In this document: positions 48,414 through 58,169 of the stretch, piece after piece
Layout of the letters: each line of letters starts with the position of its first letter
Numbering within the stretch: position 1 is the first letter of the stretch
Source: Alphaproteobacteria bacterium
GTDB lineage: Bacteria > Pseudomonadota > Alphaproteobacteria > UBA2966
Direction: 5' to 3'
Assembly (NCBI GenBank): GCA_964291395.2
Contig: OZ219856.1
Location: 1,600,001-1,664,000, forward strand
DNA: 64,000 nucleotides
Notes under the pieces: model-generated
Database searches by the model: none
What the model was told of the DNA's origin: nothing
The model's input: the letters and a program-made list of their open reading frames with translations, nothing else
Translations under genes and position numbers: made by a program

Positions 48414-49508
48414 TCACGGCAGCGGACCTCCGGTACGCACCGGCGGCGGCGCGACGGTGCCGCGGATGCTGAGCACGCTGTCGAGCTCGGTGAGATGCGC
48501 CGCAGGTTGATCCGCGATGCGCGCAAGGAGGTATTCCGCGGCCAGGCGGCCCATCTCCGCCGCCGGGACGTTCACCGCCGTCAGCGGCGGATTCATGTGG
48601 CGGGAAATCTCCAGATCGTCGAAACCGGTGATGGAGATCTCTTCAGGAACGCCGATTCCCATCCTATGGCATTCCAGCAGGGCGCCGATCGCATAGACGT
48701 CGCTCGTGCACAGGATGGCGGTCGGCGGAGAGGTCACGGCCATGAGCTGGCGGAACGCGTCCCGCCCGTCCGTCACGCCGTATTTGCGCTCCACGACTCG
48801 TTCCGGCGGCAAAGCCAGTCCCCGTTCCGCCATGGCGCGGCGCAACCCTTCGATTCGTCCCCGCGCGCGATCGTTCTCGTCGTCGAGCCCGCCGACGATG
48901 ATGGCTATGTCCCGATGTCCCATGTCGAGGACGTAGCGCGCCATCTTCAGCATGGCCTCGCTATTGTCGAACCCGATGCAAGGATGCTCCGAAGCGGGTT
49001 CGAAAACCCAGGTATTGACGAACGGGACGTTTCGCTCGACGAGGAATTCGGTGAGCCCCGGCGCGTGTTCGATTCCCACCATGACGATACCGTCCACGCC
49101 ACGGGCGATGAGCGCCCTGACCTGCCGGGCCTCCTCCGCGAGATCGTAGTTCGAATAGGCCATCAAGGACGTGTAGTCCGCCGCCGCGAGACGGGACTGG
49201 AACGCCTGTACGCCCGCCGCGAAGGGCGCGACGTCGAGGGTCGGCACGACGAACCCAAAGGTATTGGTCCTTCCCGTCACCAACGCCCGGGCGGAGGCAT
49301 CCGGCACATATTCGAGTTCCTTGACGGCCGAACCGACCCGTCCGCGCAGCGCCGGACTGACCGCCTCGGGTGAACTGAAGAAGCGCGATACGGTCGCCGT
49401 GGAGACGCCGGCCACTTCCGCGACATCCGCCAGCGTTGGCCGGCGATGGCCCGAGTGGCGCCCCTCTTGTGCACCGTCTTCGCCGTGCACAGAATCCCGA
49501 TCGGTCAT
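48414..49508 (-). CDS. LacI family transcriptional regulator
   Basis: PTLADVAEVAGVSTATVSR HTH, YVPDASARAL, VPEEISITGFDD, PPLTAV. Confidence 0.94.
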   Translation of the reverse strand: MTDRDSVHGEDGAQEGRHSGHRRPTLADVAEVAGVSTATVSRFFSSPEAVSPALRGRVGSAVKELEYVPDASARALVTGRTNTFGFVVPTLDVAPFAAGVQAFQSRLAAADYTSLMAYSNYDLAEEARQVRALIARGVDGIVMVGIEHAPGLTEFLVERNVPFVNTWVFEPASEHPCIGFDNSEAMLKMARYVLDMGHRDIAIIVGGLDDENDRARGRIEGLRRAMAERGLALPPERVVERKYGVTDGRDAFRQLMAVTSPPTAILCTSDVYAIGALLECHRMGIGVPEEISITGFDDLEISRHMNPPLTAVNVPAAEMGRLAAEYLLARIADQPAAHLTELDSVLSIRGTVAPPPVRTGGPLP

Positions 49509-49526
49509 CGTTCGAGTGTAGCGTCG

Positions 49527-49555
49527 TTGACGGTGAATACGTTAGCCATTACAGT
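49527..49555 (+). promoter_or_regulatory. Putative sigma70 promoter of the desaturase-family gene
   Basis: TTGACG-N17-TACAGT. Confidence 0.6.
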
Positions 49556-49564
49556 CGGGTGTGG

Positions 49565-49578
49565 TGTAAGCGCTTACA
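49565..49578. promoter_or_regulatory. LacI-type operator
   Basis: Perfect palindrome TGTAAGCGCTTACA with central CG, just downstream of the promoter and beside a LacI gene. Confidence 0.85.
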
Positions 49579-49616
49579 ACGATGGCACGCATTTTCTCGA
49601 AAGGAGTTCATCGACC

Positions 49617-50582
49617 ATGCCCTCGGAGTTCGCCTACGGTCGCGAAGCCATCATCGACCGCAAGACCCTGAAGCGGTACACGGATCGCCGGAGCGACGCC
49701 AAAGGGCTCTTCTTCCTGGCGCGGCATTTCCTCGTCTTGTTCGCCACCGGCGCGCTGGTGGTTCTCAGCATCGGCACTTGGTGGATGCTCCCCGCCATGA
49801 TCCTGCACGGCATCGTCATGGCGCTCCTGTTCGCGCCCGTGCATGAATGCTCCCACGCCACACCGTTCAGGACGCGTCGGCTGAACGAAGGCGTCTATTG
49901 GCTGGTTTGCCTGATCTACAACGTGCCGCCGAACATGTTCCGCCACTCGCACTTGGCGCATCACCGCTATACCCAGATCCGGGGCAGCGATCCCGATATG
50001 GTCCTGCCCCGAAACTCGACGGTGTGGGACTACCTCTACTATGTGTCGGCCATTCCGTTCTGGATTCGGGGCGTGCAATGGTTCTTCACTCTGCCCTTCG
50101 GAAAGATCGCCGAGAAGCACCGGCATTTCATCCCCGAGAGCGCGATCCCCAAGATCAAACGCGAAGGCTGGATCATCTGGGCGGTCTACGGATCGGTCGC
50201 CGTGATCGCGGTGGTGCTGGAGTCTTGGATGCCCCTGTGGCTGTGGATCCTGCCGCGCCTGATGGGAGAGCCGTACATGCGCTGGCTGCGGATCGCCGAG
50301 CATGCCGAGTGCGAGGAAAGCGCCGATCTCACAGTCAACACGCGCACGACCCGAGCCCCCGGCTGGCTGCACGCCCTGTTCTGGAACATGTCGTACCACT
50401 CCGAGCACCACCTCTGCCCGGCGGTGCCGTTCCACGTCCTGCCGGAGCTTCACAAGATGGTCGCCGGCGCGCTGTTCCCCGTTGCGTCCGGCTACCTGGC
50501 CGTCCATGCCGAGGTGCTGCGCAACCTCAGCACACGGACGGGCGCCACCTGGGCGGCGGAGCCTCAGGCCGAAGCCGGCTGA
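49617..50582 (+). CDS. Membrane di-iron fatty-acid-desaturase-family oxygenase (MocD-like)
   Basis: His boxes HECSH, HSHLAHH, EH, WNMSYHSEHH; AAGGAG RBS. Confidence 0.88.
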   Translation: MPSEFAYGREAIIDRKTLKRYTDRRSDAKGLFFLARHFLVLFATGALVVLSIGTWWMLPAMILHGIVMALLFAPVHECSHATPFRTRRLNEGVYWLVCLIYNVPPNMFRHSHLAHHRYTQIRGSDPDMVLPRNSTVWDYLYYVSAIPFWIRGVQWFFTLPFGKIAEKHRHFIPESAIPKIKREGWIIWAVYGSVAVIAVVLESWMPLWLWILPRLMGEPYMRWLRIAEHAECEESADLTVNTRTTRAPGWLHALFWNMSYHSEHHLCPAVPFHVLPELHKMVAGALFPVASGYLAVHAEVLRNLSTRTGATWAAEPQAEAG

Positions 50583-50598
50583 CTTTTCGGAAGCACCC

Positions 50599-50952
50599 CT
50601 ACTCGACGGCCGCGGTACAGGCGATCTCCACGAAGTAGTGGGGAGCGGCGAGAAGCGATTCCACGCAGGCTCTCGTGGGCGCTTCGCCAGGAGGCAGCCA
50701 AGCATTCCATACCGCGTTCATTTCATCGAAATAACGGATATCGGAAATCCAGACCTGGGCCGTAAGCAGTTTCGACTTGTCCGTTCCCGCCTTCTCCAGC
50801 AGGGCGTCGGTACGGTCAAGGATGTTCCGGGTCTGTTCGGAAACCGAAGCCCCCGGTTTGTCCCGCGCCACCTGACCGGCGATATAGGCGATACCGTTGT
50901 GTACCACCGCCTGGGATAGCCTTTCGGACGTCTCGATCCGCGTGATGGTCAT
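50599..50952 (-). CDS. RidA family protein (YoaB-like)
   Basis: MTITRIE..RLSQAVVH..AYIAGQV..MNAVWNAW..PTRACVE..VEI. Confidence 0.92.
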   Translation of the reverse strand: MTITRIETSERLSQAVVHNGIAYIAGQVARDKPGASVSEQTRNILDRTDALLEKAGTDKSKLLTAQVWISDIRYFDEMNAVWNAWLPPGEAPTRACVESLLAAPHYFVEIACTAAVE

Positions 50953-50984
50953 CGTGTTCTCCCCTGGTTCCGATGATTTCCGGC

Positions 50985-51842
50985 TTATGTGTAAAAGGCC
51001 CGGTCCCCCTTGATCGTGAGCCGCAGCATCTCGCGCCGTTGCCCTGGATAGTCGTTGGCCGCGTAATGCCACGTGCAACGGTTGTCCCAGAGCGCCAGCG
51101 ACCCCGGCCGCCAATGGAACCGGCAAATGAACTCGGGACGTGACCCGTGCCGGTAAAGGAACGCAAGCAGCGCCGCGCTCTCCTCCTGCGACATGCCTTC
51201 GATGTACTCCGTGTGCGCCGGGTTGACGTAGAGCACCCGGCGTCCCGTCTCCGGATGGGTGCGGATGACCGGCTGCATGGCGGTACTGAAGACGGGATCG
51301 CCTTCCGTGCGGGCATCGTCACGGGCGCTGAATTGCGAGCCGCCGCCCCGCTCCGAGTAGATGTAGGGCCCGCCGTTGACCGCCGTGAGCTTGGCCAGCC
51401 TCTCCCGCATCGGTTCGGACAGCGCGTCATAGGCGGCGTACATGTTGGCGAACAGGGTGTCGCCGCCCCTCTCCGGAACTTCGACGGCATAGAGGGCCGA
51501 GGCCTTGGGCGGCGTCTCCGCGTAGGGCGCATCCGAATGCCAGACATGGCCGACGGCGTAATCGTCGTCGGGCTCCTTGGTGACCCGCATGATCTCGGGC
51601 AGACCGTCCGGACCGACCAGCGGCTGAAGGACGTTCAGCTCCCCGAATCGGCGGCCGAACGCCAGCAACCGTTCCGGCTCGAGCTGCTGGTCCCGGAAGA
51701 ACAGCACATGATGCTCGAGGAAGGCGCGGTCGACTTCCGCTTGAGTGGCGTCGTCGAAAGGTTCTCTCAGGTCGATACCTCCGACCTCGGCGCCGAGGGC
51801 GCCGGAGATCGGCGTTACGGTGATTCGTTCGTAATCCGTCAT
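50985..51842 (-). CDS. TauD/TfdA family 2-oxoglutarate-dependent dioxygenase
   Basis: GAEVGGIDL, WHSD, GGDTLFAN, HPETGR, WDNRCTWH. Confidence 0.92.
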   Translation of the reverse strand: MTDYERITVTPISGALGAEVGGIDLREPFDDATQAEVDRAFLEHHVLFFRDQQLEPERLLAFGRRFGELNVLQPLVGPDGLPEIMRVTKEPDDDYAVGHVWHSDAPYAETPPKASALYAVEVPERGGDTLFANMYAAYDALSEPMRERLAKLTAVNGGPYIYSERGGGSQFSARDDARTEGDPVFSTAMQPVIRTHPETGRRVLYVNPAHTEYIEGMSQEESAALLAFLYRHGSRPEFICRFHWRPGSLALWDNRCTWHYAANDYPGQRREMLRLTIKGDRAFYT

Positions 51843-52076
51843 GCTGCCGCGTCGTGCCGCCCGCCGCCCAGGTAATGCGCGCTCATCATCTTCGTTCGCG
51901 CCGTCTCCGTGCAAGCGAAACCGTAACGCACGCTCCACGCTTTGCCCAGAAGACCGGACGGGTGTCGACGAAACCGCCCTCCTCCGCGTCTTCCCGGCTG
52001 CGCTTGCAGCACCCCGGCGCCGTTGGCATGCTGCGCGGACCTTGGTTCAGAGCTTGTACCGACCGGAATCCCTCTC

Positions 52077-53450
52077 ATGCCCACCCATCGGAACGTCCTA
52101 GAATTGATCGGCAATACCCCGATCGTCGAGTTGCAGAATTTTGACACCGGTCCGTGCCGGCTGTTCGCCAAGATGGAGTCCCATAATCCGGGCGGTTCGA
52201 TCAAGGACCGGATCGGGTTATCCATGATCGACGAGGCCGAGAAATCCGGCCGTATCAAGCCCGGCGATACGTTGATCGAGGCGACGGCAGGCAACACCGG
52301 TCTGGGACTCGCCCTGGTGGCGGCCCTCAAAGGGTACCAGCTGATCCTGATCCTCCCCGACAAGATGAGCCAGGAGAAGATCTTCCATCTCCGCGCCATG
52401 GGAGCGCGGGTCATCACCACGCGCTCCGACGTCGGCCGCGGCCACCCCGACTACTACCAGGACGTCGCGGAGCGCCTGGAGAAGGAGATTCCCGGGTCGC
52501 TGTGGATCAACCAGTTCGAGAACACCGCCAACCCCAAGGCGCACCGCGAGGGCACGGGTCCCGAGATCTGGGACCAGATGGATCACGACGTCGACGCCGT
52601 GGTCTGCGGCGTGGGTTCGGGGGGCACGCTGACCGGGGTCGGGCGGTTCCTGCGGAGCGTCAATCCGGGTATCGACATGGTCCTCGCCGATCCCGAGGGG
52701 TCGATTCTGGCGGATGTCGTGCGGACCGGTGAGATTCAGAGCGACCCGGGCTCCTGGCTGGTCGAAGGCATGGGTGAGGATTTCGTGCCCGGGAACGCCG
52801 AGCTCGACGTCGCCGCGGAAGCCATCGTCGTGTCCGACAACGACAGCCTCAACACGGCGCGTGAACTCCTGCTGAAGGAGGGGATCTTCGCGGGCTCCTC
52901 GTCGGGTTGCCTGGTCAAGGCTGCCCTCGATTACTGCCGCAGGCAGACCGAGCCCAAGCGCGTCGTGACGTTCATCTGCGACTCCGGGAACAAGTACCTC
53001 TCGAAGATGTTCAACGACTACTGGATGCTCGACCAGGGGTTCCTGGAGCGCGAGACCTTTGGAGACCTTCGCGACCTCATCACCCGCCGGGCCGAAGAAG
53101 GCGGCGTGATCTCGGTGACGCCCGAAGACACGCTGCTGAATGCCTACGGCCGCATGCGCATGTATGACGTGTCGCAGCTGCCCGTCCTCGACGGAGACCG
53201 GATCGTCGGGATCATCGACGAATCGGACTTGCTGGTCGCTGTCCACAACCATGAGGACCGGTTCACGGAACCCTGCTCCAAGCACATGACCGACCGGTTG
53301 GAGCTGGTGACGCCCGACACGCCGGTCGACGAATTGATGCATATATTCCGGGCCGGCCACGTCGTTCTGGTGGTCGGCGACGGCCAGTTCCATGGCCTAA
53401 TCACGATCTCGGACTATCTCAACTACCACCGCCGCAAATCGCTGAAGTGA
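52077..53450 (+). CDS. cbs: Cystathionine beta-synthase (with CBS domains)
   Basis: NPGGSIKDRI PLP Lys, EATAGNTG, GSGGT, DSGNKYLSK, C-terminal CBS pair. Confidence 0.92.
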   Translation: MPTHRNVLELIGNTPIVELQNFDTGPCRLFAKMESHNPGGSIKDRIGLSMIDEAEKSGRIKPGDTLIEATAGNTGLGLALVAALKGYQLILILPDKMSQEKIFHLRAMGARVITTRSDVGRGHPDYYQDVAERLEKEIPGSLWINQFENTANPKAHREGTGPEIWDQMDHDVDAVVCGVGSGGTLTGVGRFLRSVNPGIDMVLADPEGSILADVVRTGEIQSDPGSWLVEGMGEDFVPGNAELDVAAEAIVVSDNDSLNTARELLLKEGIFAGSSSGCLVKAALDYCRRQTEPKRVVTFICDSGNKYLSKMFNDYWMLDQGFLERETFGDLRDLITRRAEEGGVISVTPEDTLLNAYGRMRMYDVSQLPVLDGDRIVGIIDESDLLVAVHNHEDRFTEPCSKHMTDRLELVTPDTPVDELMHIFRAGHVVLVVGDGQFHGLITISDYLNYHRRKSLK

Positions 53451-53485
53451 GGCGAAGGTCGGACCAGCTTCCAGGAGGACATCCG

Positions 53486-54634
53486 TTGAAACGCGACACC
53501 ACGATCGTCCACGCCGGCATCGTGCCCGATCCCACGACCGGGTCGATCATCCCGCCGATCTACGAGACCGCGACTTACGTCCTCGACGAGGTAGGCCGGG
53601 ACAAGGGCTTCGATTACACGCGGTCGTCGAACCCGACGCGCCAGGTCCTTGAAGACAATCTCGCGGCGATCGAAGGCGGCGCCCACGGCATCAGCTTCGC
53701 AAGCGGCATGTCGGCGGTGGATAGCTGTCTGAAGACGCTCGATTCGGGCGATCACGTGGTCTGCACGGACGACGTCTACGGCGGCGTGACGCGCCTGTTC
53801 AATCAGGTGTTGTCCCGCCACGGCATCGGGGTCACGTACGTCGATTCGTCGCAGCCGGAGACGGTGCGCCAGGCGGTACGGCCCGAGACCAGGATGCTGT
53901 GGATCGAGACGCCGACGAACCCCTTGCTGAAGGTCACCGACCTCGCGGCCATGGCGGAGATCGCCAGGGAGCACGACCTGGTCTACGCCGTCGATTCGAC
54001 ATTCGCGACACCGATCTTCCTGCGGCCGTTGGAGTACGGCGCCGATATCGTCATGCATTCGACGACGAAATACCTGAGCGGGCATAACCAGATCATCGGC
54101 GGGATCGTCGTCACCAACCGCGAAGACATCCGTGACCAGCTCAAGTTCCTGCAGAAGAGCGTCGGCGCCGTGTCGAGTCCCTTCGACTGCTGGCTGACGC
54201 TGCTCGGCGCCAAAACCCTGCACCTGCGCATGGAGCGCCACGCGGCGAATGCCCAGAGGGTGGCAGAATTCCTGGAGGCGCACGACAAGGTGGCACGGGT
54301 CGCCTACCCTGGACTCTCGTCCCATCCCCAGCATGGCATCGCCAAGGCCCAGATGTCCGGATTCTCCGGCATGATCTCCTTCGAGCTGACGGGGGGCATT
54401 GCCGCCGGCAAGACCCTGATGAACTCGGTGGAGCTCTGCGGCCTTGCGGAAAGCTTGGGTGCCGTGGAGACCATGATCACCCATCCGGCGACCATGACGC
54501 ACGTCGACGTGCCGGTGGAGGAACGCCACGCCCGTGGCCTGACCGACGGGCTCGTCCGCATTTCCGTAGGCATCGAGGATGCGGACGACATCATCGCCGA
54601 CCTGTCCCAGGCTCTCGACAAGGCGGAGGCGTAG
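53486..54634 (+). CDS. Cystathionine gamma-lyase/synthase (trans-sulfuration PLP enzyme)
   Basis: YTRSSNPT, FASGM, ETPTNP, HSTTKYLSGH, AESLG; TTG start after GGAGGA. Confidence 0.92.
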   Translation: MKRDTTIVHAGIVPDPTTGSIIPPIYETATYVLDEVGRDKGFDYTRSSNPTRQVLEDNLAAIEGGAHGISFASGMSAVDSCLKTLDSGDHVVCTDDVYGGVTRLFNQVLSRHGIGVTYVDSSQPETVRQAVRPETRMLWIETPTNPLLKVTDLAAMAEIAREHDLVYAVDSTFATPIFLRPLEYGADIVMHSTTKYLSGHNQIIGGIVVTNREDIRDQLKFLQKSVGAVSSPFDCWLTLLGAKTLHLRMERHAANAQRVAEFLEAHDKVARVAYPGLSSHPQHGIAKAQMSGFSGMISFELTGGIAAGKTLMNSVELCGLAESLGAVETMITHPATMTHVDVPVEERHARGLTDGLVRISVGIEDADDIIADLSQALDKAEA

Positions 54635-54661
54635 CGGCCTCCGCCTGCGGCTTTCCAAGAC

Positions 54662-55338
54662 CTAAGTGCAGCTCTGCTCCAGCAATCCACCCAACCGGTA
54701 GATCGAGATCGTCCCCCTCAGCGATTCAGTCGCCGCAAACGCCTCCCAACCCCTGCGCTCCAGGATCGGCGCGCTGGCGTCCGCCGAGCAGAAGATCTCG
54801 TCGAACCCCAGCCGCCGGGCCTCGTCCTCGATCGCCGCGACGAGCACGGTTCCAACGCCCTTGCCCCGGAACGCTTCACCCACCAGCAGGGCGGTGAGCC
54901 ATGGGCCGTCCGCCCGTTCGCTCCCCACGGACTCGTCCTTCAGCGCGGCGGTGCCGAGAACCTCGCCCTGCCCATCCACGGCGACCAGACAAACGGGCAA
55001 ATCATCGCGGCCGCGGCAGGCCGCGAGATCGGCCGCCGCGTCACCCTCCCCGTCGGGTCCGTACCACGGTTCCCATTCCGCGACGAACCAGTCCACGATG
55101 GGCCGTCCGCCCGTTCGCTCCCCACGGACTCGTCCTTCAGCGCGGCGGTGCCGAGGTCGCCCTGCCCATCCACGGCGACCAGACAAACGGGCAAATCATC
55201 GCGGCCGCGGCAGGCCGCGAGATCGGCCGCCGCGTCACCCTCCCCGTCGGGTCCGTACCACGGTTCCCATTCCGCGACGAACCAGTCCACTACGGCGGCC
55301 GGGACGGCGGCCAGATGGACGATACGGAGGTCCCTCAC
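54662..55338 (-). pseudogene. GNAT family N-acetyltransferase interrupted by an internal tandem duplication
   Basis: GPWLTALLVGEAFRGKGVG acetyl-CoA motif; N-terminal part (GTG 55338) is out of frame with the C-terminus because of the duplicated segment. Confidence 0.75.
54901..55290. repeat. Direct tandem duplication, ~196 + ~193 bp
   Basis: 54901-55096 and 55098-55290 are identical except ccgagaacctcgccc vs ccgaggtcgccc. Confidence 0.92.
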
Positions 55339-56114
55339 CACGCCAGGAAGCCGCCGTCCACGGGCAGCGTGTGACCGGTGATCATCCCGCTCTCGTGTGA
55401 CGCCATGAACAGCACCGCGTGCGCGATATCGGCGGGCTCCGCCTCCTTGCCCATGGGCGTGTACCATTTGATCGTTTCGTAGAAGTCCGCGTTGGCGAAC
55501 AACGCGGTCGTGAGGTCCGTCCGCACGAAGGTCGGCCCCACGCCGTTCACGCGGATGCCGTGGGGCGCCCACTCGACGGCGAGCGCCCGGGTCAGGTTGA
55601 CGACCGCGCCCTTCGAGGTGTTGTAGGAAACATTCGGATAGATCCCCCCCGAAAAACCCATGATCGAAGCGATATTGACGATACGTCCCTTGGTCTTCCG
55701 GGCAATCATGTGACGCGCCGCCGCGCGGGCGCAGAGGAAGACACCCGTCGCGTTGATCCCCATCACCCGTTCCCAGGACTCGCGCGGCATCTCCGTCGCG
55801 GGCATCCGTTCGGCAATACCCGCGTTGTTGACGAGGATGTCGAGCCGACCATGACCCGTCGCCAGCGTCTCCATGACCGCGTCCACCGCCGATTCATCCA
55901 TGACGTCGAGCCGATGCGCCTCGGCGCTGCCGCCGTCGCCCTCGATCTCGGAGGCCACCGTTGCCGCGCCCGCCGCGTCGATGTCGAGGATTGCGACATG
56001 CGCGCCTTGCCCCGCGAGAACGCCGGCCATGGCCCGGCCGAGCCCCGTGGCACCACCGGTCACGACCGCGATCTCGCCGTCGAGACGGAAAGCCTTGCCG
56101 TTCCTGTCGGTCAT
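55335..56114 (-). CDS. Short-chain dehydrogenase/reductase
   Basis: TGGATGLG, NNAG, YNTSK. Confidence 0.92.
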   Translation of the reverse strand: MTDRNGKAFRLDGEIAVVTGGATGLGRAMAGVLAGQGAHVAILDIDAAGAATVASEIEGDGGSAEAHRLDVMDESAVDAVMETLATGHGRLDILVNNAGIAERMPATEMPRESWERVMGINATGVFLCARAAARHMIARKTKGRIVNIASIMGFSGGIYPNVSYNTSKGAVVNLTRALAVEWAPHGIRVNGVGPTFVRTDLTTALFANADFYETIKWYTPMGKEAEPADIAHAVLFMASHESGMITGHTLPVDGGFLAW

Positions 56115-56124
56115 CGCCCCCTCC

Positions 56125-56895
56125 TCAACGCGCCGTGTAGCCGCCGTCGACCGGCAGGGTGTGGCCGGTGACCATTCCCGCCTCGCGGCTCGCCAGAAAG
56201 AGGGCTGCGTTGGCGATATCGACCGGCTCCGCCCTGCCGCCGAGGGGCGCCATGCGATCAAGGTCTTCGAGCCATTCCTGCGGAATCGGTGCCGTCAGCT
56301 CGGTCTTGACGTAGATCGGCGCGATGGCGTTCACGCGCACGCCGTCCCCGGCCCATTCCGCCGCGAGCCCCCGCGTCATGCTCACCACGCCGCCCTTCGC
56401 CGTCGTGTACGAGATGTTGGGAAAACGGGCGCCGATCAGGCCCATGATCGAGGCGATGTTGACGATGCGCCCACCCCCGCCCGCAATCATGTGACGCCCG
56501 GCGATCCGCGCGCAGAGAAAAACGGCCGTCAGGTTGACCTCGATCACCTTGTCCCAACCCTCGCGCGGGACCGAGACGGCGGGCTTCCGCAACCCGATGC
56601 CGGCGTTGTTCACCAGGACGTCGAGACGGCCGTGAGCCTCGACGATTCCGGCAAAGGCCGTCTCGATCATCGCTTCGTCCGTGACGTCGAGCGTCCGCGC
56701 CTCGGCAACGCCGCCGGCATCGCGGATTTCCCGGGCCGTCTGCTCGGCCAGGTCCCCCAAGATATCGACGATCACGACCGTCGCGCCCTGCACGGCAAAG
56801 ACCTCGCTGATCGCTCGTCCGAGTCCCCGGGCGCCGCCCGTGACCACGGCCACGTCTCCATCGAGCCGGAACGGTTCCTTTGTCATGTCCACCAT
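56125..56895 (-). CDS. Short-chain dehydrogenase/reductase (paralogue of the downstream gene)
   Basis: TGGARGLG, NNAG, YTTAK; shares FRLDG..TGHTLPVDGG with its neighbour. Confidence 0.92.
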   Translation of the reverse strand: MVDMTKEPFRLDGDVAVVTGGARGLGRAISEVFAVQGATVVIVDILGDLAEQTAREIRDAGGVAEARTLDVTDEAMIETAFAGIVEAHGRLDVLVNNAGIGLRKPAVSVPREGWDKVIEVNLTAVFLCARIAGRHMIAGGGGRIVNIASIMGLIGARFPNISYTTAKGGVVSMTRGLAAEWAGDGVRVNAIAPIYVKTELTAPIPQEWLEDLDRMAPLGGRAEPVDIANAALFLASREAGMVTGHTLPVDGGYTAR

Positions 56896-57056
56896 TGCTC
56901 CAGATACGCCGACCGAACCGCTGTCCATCATACCCGCGATACCCGCATCCCCGCCAACGGCACGATCCACATGACCGTCACCGACTGACGTCCGGCCGAA
57001 GCCGCGCTATCATGAGATGCGGATTGACGAACGGGCTCTGCCCGAGGCTCGGCGGC

Positions 57057-57248
57057 ATGCTGGAAGTGATCATCGAGCGCTGGACCAACCCGGACGGGTC
57101 GACGGACTATATGTGGTCGGTATGGCAGAGCGGGAATCGAATCCAGATGAGCGGCACCTATCCCACCTCCGATGCCGCCGAGGCGGACGCCTTCGAGTTC
57201 TGCACCGAGACGCTGAACGGCACGCCGGACCGGGTCAGCCGGTTGTAA
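57057..57248 (+). CDS. Small hypothetical protein
   Basis: 63 aa MLEVIIERWTNPDGSTDYMWSVWQSGNRIQM..PDRVSRL; protein-like composition, fills an intergenic gap. Confidence 0.65.
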   Translation: MLEVIIERWTNPDGSTDYMWSVWQSGNRIQMSGTYPTSDAAEADAFEFCTETLNGTPDRVSRL

Positions 57249-57283
57249 CACGCGTCACAGGCCGCTTCTCGAGCACTCCGTGA

Positions 57284-58132
57284 TCACCTCAACGTAGCCG
57301 TCGGGGCCGCCGCTTCCTTGTCATAGAAGTTCGACTTCCGGATTGCGACGGCGCGCTCGAACGCCGCCACGGCATCCGCGCCGAGGTCGGCCTTCGGCCG
57401 CGGCTCGAGCTCGTAGTAGCCGTAACGGTCCTCGCCACGCGCCAACATCGCCGTCTCGTGCCGTCCCGTCGGGTCGACGTGCGGGGCGATGTAGCGGACG
57501 GCATATCCGATGCGCGTGTAGTCGGCGTTATTGGGACTCGAGCCGTGCACCATCGCCAGGTGATGAAGCGACATTTCCCCCGGCCGCAGAACCAAGTCGA
57601 CGGCCTCGGAGTCATCCAGGTCTTCGACCAGCCGTTCCTGCCGCGCCAGGATATTCTTCCCGTCGTCCGTTTCCTCGTGCAGCAGTCGCCCGATCTTGTG
57701 GGACTCCGGCAGGACCCGCATGCAGCCGCTCTCCACCGTGCTCGGACTGAGGGCGATCCAGACGCTGACCTGATCCCGGCCCTTGAGATTCGTGTAGTTG
57801 GTATCCTGATGCCACGCGGCGTAGGAACCGTCGCCCGCGTCCTTCACGAACAGCGCGCTGCTCCATACCAGAATATCCGGACCGATGATGTCTTCGACGA
57901 CGTCCAGCACGAGAGGATCGTGCACCATCTCGTCGAGCCAGGTGTAGGCGAGGTGCAGCTTGAACGAGATGCGCACATCGACGCTTATCGACCGTCCGCC
58001 GCCCGAGACACGCAGGTCCTGGGCCAGCCGGCGGTAACGCTCCGCCCGTTCCGGCGAGAGCACCCGGATGGGGTAGTGATATCCTTGGTCGTCGTAGCGC
58101 GCGATGTCACCGGCGGACAGTATGCGTCCCAC
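57284..58132 (-). CDS. Phytanoyl-CoA dioxygenase (PhyH) family protein
   Basis: WHQD, WIALS.ST.ESGCM, LRPGEMSLHH..VHGS.PN, RIGYAVRY. Confidence 0.9.
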   Translation of the reverse strand: MGRILSAGDIARYDDQGYHYPIRVLSPERAERYRRLAQDLRVSGGGRSISVDVRISFKLHLAYTWLDEMVHDPLVLDVVEDIIGPDILVWSSALFVKDAGDGSYAAWHQDTNYTNLKGRDQVSVWIALSPSTVESGCMRVLPESHKIGRLLHEETDDGKNILARQERLVEDLDDSEAVDLVLRPGEMSLHHLAMVHGSSPNNADYTRIGYAVRYIAPHVDPTGRHETAMLARGEDRYGYYELEPRPKADLGADAVAAFERAVAIRKSNFYDKEAAAPTATLR

Positions 58133-58169
58133 GGGTCTCCCTTCCCTCTCTTTCCTGAGCTCCGCGAAC

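Noticed and set aside
51843-52076. Possible SAM/SAH riboswitch upstream of CBS
   Set aside because: Could not match SAM-II, SAM-SAH or SAH consensus elements by eye.
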